From: the human T2T-CHM13v2.0 reference genome, Homo sapiens
Length of the DNA stretch: 64,000 nucleotides
Direction: 5' to 3'
Assembly (NCBI GenBank): GCA_009914755.4
Contig: CP068257.2
Location: 2,464,001-2,528,000 of the forward strand
The translations under genes were made by a program, and so were the position numbers. Of this stretch, positions 32,201-45,600 are shown piece by piece (position 1 is the first letter of the stretch; the number at the start of each line of letters is the position of its first letter). Under the pieces are notes generated by a model, which saw nothing but the letters and a program-made list of their open reading frames with translations, was not told the origin of the DNA and made no database searches.

Positions 32201-35200
32201 AACAGGGTCTGAATGTTTGTTCCACACGTAGGACTCCAGAACACCCCTGCTGTGGTCTCAATGATTGTCCCTCACATAGGTTTCTGGAACACTGCTGCTG
32301 GTTCTGAGTGTTTCTCCCTCACGTGGGATTCCAGAACACTGCTACAAGGGTTTGAATTATTCTCCTTCACATAGGATTCCAGAACAATACTGCTGATGTC
32401 TGAACGTTTGTCCCTCACTTAGGATTCCAGAACACTGCTGTTGGCTTCTGAGTGTCCCTCACTTACGATTCCAGAACACTGCTACATGGGTCTAAAAGTT
32501 TGTCCCTTACATAGTATTCCAGAACACTGCTACAAGGGCATGAATGTTTGTCCCGCACATTGGACTCCAGAGCACCCCTGCTGTGTTCTGAATGTATTTT
32601 CCTCACACAGGATTGCAGAACAATGCTACGAGGGTCCAAATATTTGTCCCACACATAGGATTCCAGAACACCTTAGCTGTGGTCTGAATGATTGTCCCTC
32701 ACATAGGATTCCAGAACACTGCTTCTGGGTTCTGAGTGTTTCTCCCTCAAATAGGATTCCAGAACACTGCTACGAATGTCTGAATGATTGTACCTCACAT
32801 AGGATTCCAGAACACTCCTGCTGTGTTGTGAATGTTTATCTCTCAGATAGGATTCCAGAACACTACTGCTTGGTTCTGAGTGTTTGTCACTCACATAAGA
32901 TTCCAGAACACTGCTCCTGTCTTCTGAATGTCTGTTCATCACACAGGATTTCAGAACACTCCTGCTGTGGTCTCAATGGTTGAACCTCATATAGGATTCC
33001 AGTACAATCCTGCTTTGGTCTGGGTGTTTGTACCTCACATGGGATTCTAGAACAAACCTGCTGTTGTCTGAATGTTTCTCCCTCACATAGGTTTCCAAAA
33101 CATTCCTGCTGTGGTCTGAGTGTTTCTCCCTAAAATAGGATTCCGGAACACTGCTACTGGGGTGTGAATGATTGTCCCTCACATAGGATTCCAGAACACT
33201 GCTAAGAGCGTCTGAATTATTCTCCCGAACTTAAGATTCTAGAACACTCCTGCTGTGGTCTGAATGTTTGTCCCTATCTTATTATTCCAGAACACTGTTT
33301 TTGGGTTCTGAGTGTTTGTCCCACACACACGATTCCAGAACACTGCTACGTGGCTCTAAATGTTTGTCCGTCACATAGAATTCAAGAACACTACTACGAG
33401 GGTCTGAATGTACCGCACATAGGACTCCAGAACAATCCTGCTGTTTTCTGAACGTATTTTCCTCACATAGGATTCCACAACAATGCTACGAGGGTCTGAA
33501 TGTTTGTCCCACATGTAGGATTCCAGAACACCCCTGCTGAGGTCTCAATGATTGTCCCTCACATACAGTGCCAGAACACTGCTACTGGGTTCTGAGTGTT
33601 TCTCCCTCACACAGGATTCCAGAACACTACTACGAGAGTCTGAATGATTGTACCTCACACAGGATTCCAGAACCCTCCTGCTGTGCTCTGAATGTTTGCC
33701 CCTCTGATAGGATTCCAGACACTGCTGCTAGATTCTGAGTGTTTGTCCCTCACATAGTATTCCAGAACATTGCTGCTGTTGTCTGAATGTTCGTTAATCA
33801 CATAGGATTCCAGAACACTCCTGCTGTGATCTGAATGTTTGTGCTTCATATAGAATTCCAGAACACTGCTGCGGGGTGCTGAGTGTTTGTCCCTCACATA
33901 GGATTCCAGAACACTGCTACTGGGGTCTGGATGTTTGTCCCTCACATAGGATTCCAGAATACTGCTATGAGGGTCTTAATTATTGTCCCTCAGGTAGGAT
34001 TCCAGAACATTCCTGCTGTGGTCAGAATGTTTGTCCCTTACTTAGGATTCCAGAACACTGCTGTTGGGTCCTGAGAGTTTGTCCCTCATGTAGGATTCCA
34101 GAACAATGCTACTGGGGTCTGAATGTTTGTCCCGCACATAGGATTCCAGAACACTGCTGCAAGGGTCTGAATTATTCTCCCTAACATAGGATTCCAGAAC
34201 GCTGTTCGAGAATCTGAATGATTGTACCTCACAGAGGATTCCAGAACTCTCCAGCTCTGTTTTGAATGTTGGTTCCTCAGATAGGATTCCAGAACACTGC
34301 TGCTGTGTTCTTAGTTGTTGTCCCTCACATAGGATTCTAGAACACTGCTGCTGTGGTCTGAATGTTTGTTCCTCAGGTAAGATTGCAGAACACTCCCACT
34401 CTGTTCTGAATGTGTGTACCTCATATAGGATTCCCAAACACTACTGTTGTTTTCTGAATGGTTGACCCTCACGTAGCATTCCAGAACACCCCTGCTGTGG
34501 TCTAGGTGTTTGCGCCTCACATGGGATTCCAGAACAATCCTGCTGTGGTCTGAATATTTCTCCCTCACATATGATTCCAAAACATTCCTTCTCTAGTGTG
34601 AATGTTTGTCCCTCAAAAAGTATTCCAGAACACTGCCACTCGGGTGTGAATATTTGTTCCTCACATAGGATTCCAGTACACTGCTATGAGGGTCTTAATT
34701 ATTCTCCCTCACATAGGATTCCAGAACACTCCTACTGTGGTCTCAATGTTTGTCCTTCACTTAGGATTCCAGAACACTGCTGTTGAGTTCTGTCTGTTTG
34801 TCCCTCACGTATGACTCCAGAACACTGAGACGTGGGTCTAAATTTTTATCCCTCACATAGGATTTCAGAACACTGCTACAAGGGTCTGAATGTTTGTCCT
34901 GCACGTAGGACTCCAGAACACTCCTGCTGTGTTCTGAATGTATTTTCCTCACATAGGATTCCAGTACAATGCTACAAGGGTCTGAAAGTTTGTCCCACAC
35001 GTAGGATTCCAGAACACCCCAGCTGTGGTCTGAATAATGTCCCTCACATAAGACTCCGTAACACTGCTGCTGGGTTCTGAGCATCTCCCCCTCACATAGG
35101 GTTTCAGAACACTCGCTGTGATCTGAATGTTTATCTCCCACTTAGGATTCCAGATCACTGCTGTTGCGTTCTGAGTGTTTCTCCCTCACGTATGATTCCA

Positions 35201-36625
35201 GAACACTTCTACGTGGGACTAAATGTTTTTCCTTCACGTAGGATTCCAGAAGACTGCTACGAGGGTCTAAATGTTTGTCACGCACATAGGACTCCAGAAC
35301 ACTCCTGCTGTGCTTTGAATGTATTTTCCTTACATAGGATTCCAGAACAATGCTACTAGGGTCTGAATGTTTGTCCCATACTTAATATTCCAGAACACCC
35401 TGCTGTGGTCTGAATGATTGTCCCTCACATAGGATTCCGGAACTCTGCTGCTGGGTTCTGAGTGTTTCTACCTCGCATAGGATTCCACAACACTGCTACT
35501 GGGGTCTGAATGCTTGTCTCTCACATAGGATTCCAGAACACTGCTACGAGGGTCTGAATTACTCTCCCTCACATAAGATTCCAGAACACTGCTGCTAGTT
35601 TCTGAGTGTTTCTCCCTCACTTAAAATTCCAGAACACTGCTACGAGGGTCTGAATGATTGTACCTCACATAGGATTCCAGAAAACTCCTGCCCTGCTGTG
35701 AATGTTTTTCCCTCAGATAGGATTCCAGAAGACTGCTGTGGGCTTCTGAGTGTTTGTCCCTCACATAGGGTTCCAGAACACTGCTGCTGTGGTCTGAATG
35801 TTTGCTCCTCACATAGGATTCCAGATCACTCTTGCTGTGGTCTTAAGGTTTGTCCCTCATACAGGAATCCAGAACACTACTGCTGTGGTCGGAATGGTTG
35901 TCCCTAATATAGGATTCCCGAACACTCCTGCTGTGGTCTAGGTGTTTGCACCTCACATGGGATTCCAGAACAATCCTGCTGTGGTCTGAATGTTTCTTAC
36001 ATAGCATTAAAACCTTCCTGCTGTTTTCTGAGTGTTTCTCCTTCAAATAGGATTCCAGAACACTGGTACTGGTGTCTGAATGTTTGTCCCTCACATAGGA
36101 TTCCAGAACTCTGCTATGAGGTTCTGAATTTTTCTCCCTCACCTAGGATTCCAGAACACAGTTGTTGGGTTTTGAGTATTTGTCCCTCACGTACAATTCC
36201 ATAACACTGCAGCATGTGTCTAAATGCTTGTCCCTAACATAGGATTCCAGAACACTGCTAACATGGTCTGAATGTTTGTCCCACACATAGGACTCCATAT
36301 CACTCCTGCTGTGTTCTGAATGCATTGTCCTCACATAGGATTCCAGAACAATGCTACGAGGGTCTGAATGCTTGTCTTGCATGTAGAATTGCAGGAAACC
36401 CCAGCTGTGGTCTGAATGATTATCCATCACATAGGATTCCAGAACATTGCTGCTGGGTTCTGAGTGTTTCTCCCTCAGATAGGATTCCACAATCCTCCTG
36501 CTGTGGTCTGAATGTTTGTCCCTCACTGAGGATTCCAGAACACTGCTGTTGGGTTCTAAGAGTTTGTCCCTCTTGTATGAATCCAGAAAAATGCTACGTG
36601 GGTCTACATGTTTGTCCTTCCCTAT
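8255..36625 (+). repeat. Tandem 48-bp satellite array, block 1. The orientation is arbitrarily called F. It is most consistent with the CER (D22Z3-type) pericentromeric 48-bp satellite.
   Basis: Measured period is 48 bp (ggattccaga at 8281, 8329 and 8377). The monomer is approximately ggattccagaacactgctacgagggtctgaatgtttgtccctcacata, repeated about 590 times with 5-20% inter-monomer divergence. Array onset is at about 8255 (..ttacatttgtattttcttaacataggattccagaac). The family name is recalled from knowledge of human satellites and was not verified by search. Confidence 0.9.
29567..29806 (+). repeat. Five consecutive, perfectly identical 48-bp monomers. This is a locally homogenised or amplified block.
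   Basis: gggtctaaatgtttgtccctctcataggattccagaacacttctaagag occurs 5 times with no mismatch. Flanking monomers differ at several positions. Confidence 0.9.
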
Positions 36626-36650
36626 ATGAGGAACAAACATTCAGACCACA
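36600..36650. other. Head-to-head strand-switch (inversion) junction inside the satellite array.
   Basis: The sequence ...gggtctacatgtttgtccttccctatatgaggaacaaacattcagaccacagc... is a near-palindrome centred on ta|ta at about 36624-36626 (tgtttgtcc...ggacaaaca). An F monomer ends and an R monomer begins with a few bases deleted at the join. Confidence 0.85.
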
Positions 36651-39600
36651 GCAGCACTGTTCTGGAATCCTATTTGAGGGACAATCATTCAGATCACATC
36701 TGGCATGTTCTGGAATCCTGCGTGTGGGACAAACATTCAGACCCTCTTAGCATTGTTCTGGAATCCCATGTGAGGAAAATACATTCAGAAAACAGCAGGA
36801 GTTTTCTGGAATCCTACGTGAGGGAAAAACACTCAGAATGCAACAACAGTGTTCTGGAATCCTAAGTGATGGACAAACATTCAGACCACAGCAGGAGTTT
36901 TCTAGAATCCTATGTGAGGAAGAATAATTCAGACCATCGTAGCAGTGTTCTCGAATCCTTTGTGAGGGACAAACATTCAGACCCCAGTAGCAATGTTCTG
37001 TAATCCTATGTGAGGGGGAAATACTCAGAGCCCTGCAGCAGTGTTCCAGAATCCTATGTGAGGGACAATCATTCAGACCACAGGGGGATTGTTCTGGAAT
37101 CCCATGTGAGGCACAAACACCCAGAACCCAGCAAGAGTGTTCTGGAATCCTATGTGAGGGTCAACCATCAGACCACAGCGGTAATGTTCTATAATCCTAT
37201 ATGAGGGAGAAACATTCAGACCACAGCAGGAGTGTTCTGGAATACTATGTGAGGAACAAACATTCGGGCCACAGCAGGAGTGATCTGGAATCTTATGTGA
37301 GGGACAAACACTCAGAACCCAGTAGCAGTGTTCTGGAATGCTATCTGAGGGACAAACATTCAGATGAGAGCAAGAGTTCTCTGGAATTCCATGTGAGGTA
37401 CAATCATTCAGAGCCTTGTAGCAGTGTTCTCGAATCGTATGTGAGGGAGAAACTCTCAGAACCCTCCAGCAGTATACTGGAATCCCATGTGAAGGACAAT
37501 CATTCATCCCCTCATAGCCGTGTTCTGGAATCCTATGTGAGGAAAAACCTTTAGATCCACATAGCAGTGTTCTGGAATCGTACGTGAGGGACAAAAACTC
37601 AGAACCCAACAGCAGTGTTCTAGAATCCTAAGTGAGGGACAAACATTCAAACCAGAACAGGAATGTTCTGGAATCCTATGTGAGGGAGAAACACTCAGAA
37701 CCCAGAATCAGTGTTCTGTAATCCTATTTGAGTGGCAATCATTCAGACCACAGCTGTGGTGTTCTGGAATCCTAAGTGTGGGAAAAGCATTCAGACACTA
37801 GTAGCACAATTCTGGAATCTTATGTGAGGAAAATACATTCAGAACACAGCAGGGGCGTTCTGGATTCCTATGTGCAGGACAGAAATTCAGACACTCATAG
37901 CACTGTTCTGGAATCGTACGTGAGGGACAAACACTCAAAAAAATAAAACAGCAGTGTTCTGTAATCCTAAGTGAGGGACAAACAATCAGACCACAGAAGG
38001 AGTTTTCTGGAATCCAATGTGAGGGAGAGTAATTCAGACCCTCGTAGCAGTGTTCTGGAACCCTATGTGAAAGACAAACATTCAGACTCCAGTAGAAGTG
38101 TTCTGGAATTTTATGTGGGGAACAATCTTTCAGACCACAGCTGGGTTGTTCTGGAATCCTACGTGTAGGACAAATATTCAGAGCCTCGAAGCATTGTTGT
38201 GGAATCCTATGTGAGGAAAATACATTCAGGACTCAGCAGGAGTGTTCTGGAGTCCTATGTGCCGGACAAAAATTCAGACCCTCGTAGCAGTGTTCTGGAA
38301 TCCTATGTGATGGAAAAATATTTAGACCCACATAGCAGTGTTCTGGAATCCTATGTGATTGATAAACACTCAGAAACCAGTAACAGTGCTCTGGAATCCT
38401 ACTTGACGGACAAACACTGAGACCACAGCAGAAAAGTTTTGGAATCCTATGTGAGGGAGAAACATTCAGACTACAGCAAGATTCTTCTGGAATCCCATGT
38501 AAGGCAAAAACACCCAGACCAAAGCAGGGATGTTCTGGAATTCTATGTGAGGGTCAACCATTCAGACAACTGCAGCAGCGTTCTGGAATCCAATATGAGG
38601 GACAAACATTCAGTCCAGAGCAGGATTTTTCTGGAGTCCTGTGTGAGGAACAAACCTTCAGACACAGCAGCAGTGTTCTAGAATCCTATGTCAGGGAAAA
38701 ACACTCAGAACACAGCAGCAGTGTTCTAGAATCCTAACTGAGGGACAAAGATTCAAACCAGAGCAGGAGTGTTCTGGCATCCTTTGTGAGGTGCAATCAT
38801 TCAGATCCATGTAGCAGTGTTGTGGTATCCTATGTGAGGGAGAAACACACAAAAACCAGCAGCAATGTTCTGGAATCCTATGTGAGGGACAATCATTCAT
38901 ACCACAGCTTTGCTCTTCTGGAATCCTACTTGCGGGACAAACATTCAGACCCACGTAGCTGTGTTCTGGAATCCTATGTGAAGGACAAACATTTAGACCC
39001 AGGTAACATTGTTCTGGAAGCATATGTGAGGGACAAACACTCAGAACACAACAGCAGTGTTCTGGAATCCTAAGTGAGGGACAAACATTCAGACCACAGC
39101 AGGAGTTTTCTGGAATCCTATGTGAGGGAGAATAATTGAGACACTCGTAGCACTATTCTGGAACACTATGTGAGGGACAAACATACAGATCCCGGTAGCA
39201 GTGTTCTGGAATCTTATGTGAGGGAGAAACACTCAGAACCCAGCAGCAGTGTTCTGGAATCCTATGTGAGGGACAATCATTCAGACCACAGCTGGAGTGT
39301 TCTGGAATCCTGCTTGTGGGACAAACATTCAAACCCTCGTAGCATTGTTCTGGAATCCCATGTGAGGAAAATACATTCAGAGCACTTCAGGAGTGTTCTG
39401 GAATCCTATGAGTGGGACAAACATTCAGACCCTCGTAACAGTGTTCTGGGATGCTATGTGAGGGCCAAACATTTAGACCCACGTAGCAGTGTTCTGTAAT
39501 CTTACCTGAGGGACGAACACTCAGAACCCAACAGCAGAGTTCTGGAAACTTAAGTGACGGACAAACATTCAGACCACAGCAGGGGTGTTCTGGAATCCTC

Positions 39601-42600
39601 TGTGAGGTAGAATAATTGAGACTCTCGTGACAGTGTTCTTGTATCCAATGTGAGGGATAAAAACTCAGAACTCAGTACCATTATTCTGGAATTCCATTTG
39701 AGGGAACAACACTCAGACCAGAGCAGGAATGTTTGGAATCCTATATGAGGGAGAAACATTCAGACCACAGTAGGATTGTTCTTGAATCCTTTGTGATGCA
39801 CATACAGCCAAACCACAGCAGGAGTGTTCTGGAATCCTATGTGAGGTCAACCATTCAGACCACAGCAGTAGTGATCTGGAGTCCTATATGAGGGACAAAC
39901 ATTCAGACCACAGCAGGAATGTTCTCGAATCCTATGTGAGGAAGAAACATTCAGCCCACAGCAGCAGTGTTCTGGAATCCTATTTGAATGAAAAACATTC
40001 AGACCAGAGCAGGAGTGGTCTGGAATCCTATGTGAGGTACAATCATTCAGACCCTCGTAGCAGTGTTCTGGAGACCTATGGGAGAGAGAAACATTCAGAA
40101 CCAGCAGAACTTTTCTGGAGTCTTTTGTGAGGGACAATCATTCAGACCTAAAGCTAGGGTGTTCTGACATCCTATGTGTGGGACAAACATTCAGACCCTC
40201 GTAGCATTGTTCTGGAATCCTATGACAGGAAAATACATTCGGAACACAGCAGGAGTGTTCTGGAGTCCTATGTAAGGGACAAACATTCAGACTTTCGTAG
40301 AAGTGCTCTGGAATCCTATGTGAAGGGGCAAACATTTAGACCAATGTTGCAGTCTTCTGGAATCGTACGTAAGGGACAAACACTGAGAAACCAACAGCAG
40401 TGTTCTGGAATCTGAATTGAGGGACAAACATTCAGACCACAGTAGGAGTGTTCTGGAATCCTTTGTGAGGGAGAATAATTCAGACCCTCGTAGCAGTGTT
40501 GTGGAATCCTATGTGAGGAACAAACTTTCAGACCCCAGTAGCAGTGTTCTGGAATCCAATTTGAAGGAAAAACCATCAGACCATGGCAGGAATGTTTTGG
40601 AATCCTATGTGAAGGGGAAACATTCAGACCACAGTAGGATGGTTCTGGAATCCCATGTGAGGCACAAACACCCAGACCACAGCAGGAGTGTTCTGGAGTC
40701 TTATGTGATGGTCAACCATTCACATGACAGCTGGGGTGTTCTGGAACCCTATTGTGGGACAAACATTCCTACCCTCGTAGGATTGTACTGCAATGCTATG
40801 TGTGGAAAATTCATTCAGAATACAGAAGGAGTTTTCCGCAGTCCAATGTGTGGGACAAACATTCAGATCCTCGTAGCATTGTTCTGGAATCCTATGTGAA
40901 GGAAAAACATTTAGACACACGTAGCGGTGTTCTGGAATCATACGTGAGGGACAAACACTCAGAACCCAACAGCAGGGTTCTGGAATCCTAAGTGAGAGAG
41001 AAATATTCAGACCACATCAGGAGTGTTTGGAATCTTATGTGAGGGAGAATAATTCAGACCCTCATAGCAGTATTCTGTAATCCTATATGAGGGACAAACA
41101 TTCAGACCCCAGTAGCAGTGTCTGGAATCCTGTTTGAGGGACAAACACTCAGACCACTGCAGGAATGTTTTTGGAATCCTATGTGAGGGAGAAACATTCA
41201 GACGACAGCAAGATTGTTCTGGATTCCTATGTGAGGGTCAACCATTCAGACCACAGCTGTAGTGTTCTGAAATCCTATATGTGGGACAAACATTCAGACC
41301 ACAGCAGGATTGTTCTGGAATCCTATGTGAGGGATAAACATTCAGACTGCAGCAGCATTGTTCTGGAATCCTATATGAGGGACAAACACTCAGAACCCAA
41401 AAGCAGTGTTCTGGAATCGTATCTCAGGGACAACATTCAGACCACAGCAGGAGTGTTCTGCAATCCTATGTGAGGTACAATAATTGAGAACCTCATAGCC
41501 ATGTTCTGGAATCCCATATGAGGACAAACCTTCAGAACCATTTAGCAGTTTTCTGGAATCGTAGGTGTGAGACAAACACTCAAAAACCAACTGCAGTGTT
41601 CTGGAATCCTAACTGAGGGTCAAACATTCAGACCAGAATAGGAGATTTCTGGAATCATATATGAGGGAGAAACACTCAGAACCCAGCAGCGGAGTTCTGG
41701 AATCCCATGTGAGGGACAATCATTGAGACCACAGCTGTGGTGTTCTGGTATCCTAAGTGTGGGACAAAATTTCAGACCCTCGTAGCCTTGCTCTGGAATC
41801 CTATGTGAGGAAAATACATTCAGAACACAGCAGAAGAGTTCTGGAGTCCCTTGTGGGGGACAAAAATTCAGGCCCTCGTAGCAGTGCTCTGGAATTCTAA
41901 GTGAGGACAAACATTTAGACCCACATAGCAGTGTTATTGAATTGTACGTGAGGGACAAACACTCAAAAAAAAAAGGAGTGTTCTGTAATCCTAAGTTGGT
42001 GAAAAACAATCAGACCACAGCAGGAGTGTTCTGGAATCCAATGTGAGGGTGAATAATTCAGACCCTCTTAGCAGTGTTCTGGAATCCTATGAGAGGGACA
42101 AATCAGACCCCAGTAGAAGTGTTGTGGAATCCTATGTGAGGGAAAAACATTCAGACCACAGCTCGGGTTTTCTGGAATCCTACTTCAGGGGCAAACATTC
42201 AGACCATCGTACCATTGTTGTGGAGTCCTAGGTGAGGAAAATGCATTCAGGAAACAGCATGAGTGTTCTGGAGTCCTATGTGCGGGACAAAAATTCAGCC
42301 CCTTGTAGCACTGTTCTGGAATCCTACGTGAGGGGGAAACATTTAGACCCAAGTGGCAGTGTTCTGGGATGCTATACGGTGGAGAAACACTTAGAACACA
42401 GTAGCAGTGTTCCAGAATACTATTTGAGGGACAAACATTCAGACCACAGCAGGAAAGTTTTGGAATCCTATGTGGGGGAGAAACATTCAGACCACAGCAG
42501 GATTGTTCTGGAATCCCATGTGAGGCAAAAACACCCAGAACGCAGGAGGGTTGTTCTGGAATCCTATGTGAGGGTCAACCATTCAGAACACAGCAGTAGT

Positions 42601-45600
42601 GTCCTGGAATACTATATGAGAGACAAACATTCAGTTCACAGCAGGAGTGTTCTGGAATCCTATGTGAGGAACAAAGATTCTGACCACAGCAGCAGTGTTC
42701 TGGAATCCCATCTGAGGGATAAACATTTAGATCAGAGCAGGAGTGTTCTGGAATCTTATGTGAGGAACAATCATTCAGATCCTCGTAGCAGTGCTGTGGT
42801 ATCCTATGTGAGAGAGAAAAACACAGAAATCAGCAGCAGTCTTCTGGAATCCTATGTAAGGGAGAATCATTCAGGTCACAGCTTTGGTTTTCTGGAATCC
42901 TACGTGTGAGACAAACATTTAGACCCTTGTAGCATTGTTCTGGAATCCGATGTGAGTAAATACATTCAGAACACAGCAGGAGTGTTCTGGAGTCCAATGT
43001 GCGGGACAAACATTCAGACCCACGTATAAGTGCTGCGGAATCCTCTGTAAGGGACAAACATTTAGACCCACGTAGCAGTGTTCTTGAAGCATAAGTGAGG
43101 GACAAACACTCAGAACCCAACAGCAGTGTTCTGGAATCCTAAGTGAGGGACAAACATTCAGACCACAGCGGGAGTGTTCTGGAATCCTAAATGAGGCAGA
43201 ATAATTGAGACCCTCGTAGCAGTATTCTGGAACACTATGTAGGGATAAATATTCAGACCCCAATAGCAGTGTTCTGGAATCCTATATGAGGAAGAAACAC
43301 TCAGAACCCAACAGCAGTGTTCTGGAATCCTATGTGAGAGACAACCATTCAGACCACAGCTGAGGTGTTCTGGAATCCCATGTGAGGGATAAACATTAAG
43401 ACCCTCGTAGCATTGTTCTGGAATCTCGTGAGGAAAATACATTCAGAACACTGCAGGAGTGTTCTGGAATCCTATCAGCAGGACAAACATTCAGACCCTC
43501 GTAGCAGTGTTCTGGAATCCTATGTGAGGGCCAAACATTTAGACCCATATACCAGTGTTCTGCAATCGTACCTGAGGGACAAACACTCAGAATCCAACAG
43601 CAGAGTTCTGGAAACCTAAGTGAGGGACAAACATTCAGACCACAGCAGGGGTGTTCTGGAATCCTCTGCGAGGTAGAATAATTGAGACCCTCGTGGCAGT
43701 GTTCTTGAATCCAATGTGAGGGACAAAACTCAGAACTCAGTACCATTATTCTGGAATTCCATTTGAGGGACCAACGCTCAGACCAGAGCAGGAATGTTTG
43801 GAATCCTATGTGAAGGAGAAACATTCAGACAACAGCAGGATTGTTTTCGAATCCCATGTGAGGCAAAAACACCCAAAACACAGGAGGGGTGTTCTGGAAT
43901 GCTATGTGAGGGTCAACCATTCAGAACACAGCAGTAGTGTCCTGGAATACTATATGAGAGACAAACATTCAGCTCACAGTAGGAGTGTTCTGGAATCCTA
44001 TGTGAGGAACAAAGATTCTGACCACAGCAGCAGTGTTCTGGAATCCTATTTAAGGAACAAACACTCAGACCACAGCAGGAATGTTTTGCAATCCTATGTG
44101 AGAGAGAAATATTCAGACCACAGCAAGATTTTTCTGGAATCCGATGTAAGACACAAACACCGTGACAAAAGCAGGAGTGTTCTGGAATCCAATTTGAGGG
44201 TCAACCATACAGACCACAGCAGTAGTGTTCTGGAATCCTATGTGAGGGACAAACATTCAGACCACAGCAGCAGGGTTCTGGAATCCTATGTGAGGGACTA
44301 ACTCTCAGAACCCAGCAGCAGTGTTCTCGAATCCTACCTGAGGGACAAATATTCAGACAACAGCAGGAGTGTTCTGGAATCCTATGTGATGTACAATCAT
44401 TCAGATCCTCATAGCATTGTTCTGGAATCCTATGTGAGGTAGAAACACTGAGAACCCAATAGCAGTGTTCTGGAATCCTATGTGATGGACAATCATTAGG
44501 ACCACAGCTAGGGTGTTCTGGAATCCTGCCTGTGGTACAAACATTCAGAACCTCGTAGCATTTTTCTAGAAGCCTAATTGAGGACAATACATTGAGAATA
44601 CTGCAAGAGTGTTCTGGAGTCCTATGTGCGGGAAAACATTCAGACCCTCATAGCAGTGTACAGGAATCCTATGTGAAGGACAATCATTCAGACCACAGCT
44701 GGGGTGTTCTGGAATCCAACGTGTGGGAATAAAATTCAGAACCTTGTAGCATTTTTCTGGAATCCTATGTGAGGAAAATACTTCCGGAGCCCACCGGAGT
44801 GTTCTGGTGTCCTTTGTGCGGGACAAACAGTCAGACCCTTGTAGCAGTGTTCTGGAATCCTATGTGGGGGACAAATAATTAGACCCACGTAGCAGTGTTC
44901 TGGAATCCTATGTGAGGAGCAAACATTTGTACCACAGCAGGGGTGTTCTGGAATCCTATGTGAGGGACAAACATTCAGATGACAGAAGGAGTGTTCTGAA
45001 ATCCTATGTGAGGAACAACATTTAGACCACAGTAGGAGTGTTCTGGAATCCTATGTGAGGAACAACATTTAGACCACAGTAGGAGTGTTCTAGAATCCTA
45101 TGTGTGGGACAAACATTCAGAACCTCGTAGCAGTGTTCTGTAATCCTAGGTGAGGAATAAACATTTAGACCCATGTAGCAGTGTTCTGGAATCGTATGTG
45201 AGGGACAAACACTCAGAACCCCACAGTAGTGTTCTGGAATCCTAAGTGAGGGACAAACATTCAGTCCACAGCGGGAGTTCTCTGGAATCCTATGTGAGGG
45301 ATAAACATTCAGACGACAGCAGGAGTGTTCTGCAATCCTATGTGAAGAACATATATTTAGAAAACAGCGTTAGTGTTCTGGAATCCTGTGTGCAGGACAA
45401 ATATTCAGAGCCTTGTATCAGTGTTTGGAATCCTTTGTGACGGAGAAACCATTAGAGCCACGTAGCAGTGTTCTGGAACTGTAAGAGAGGGAAAAACAAT
45501 CAGAACCCCACAACAGTGTTCTGGAATCCTAAGTTAGGGACATTCAGTCCACAGCAGGAGTGTTCTGGAATCCTATGTGAGGGACAAACATTCAGACGGC

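Noticed and set aside
36560-36700. Considered a perfect mirror palindrome, with the array folded back on itself as a hairpin or assembly artefact.
   Set aside because: The monomers immediately left and right of the junction are not reverse complements of each other. The left side is type b preceded by types a and z. The right side is a generic monomer followed by f', e' and d'. Only the family and the variant order are inverted, so this is a genuine inversion between related but non-identical array segments.
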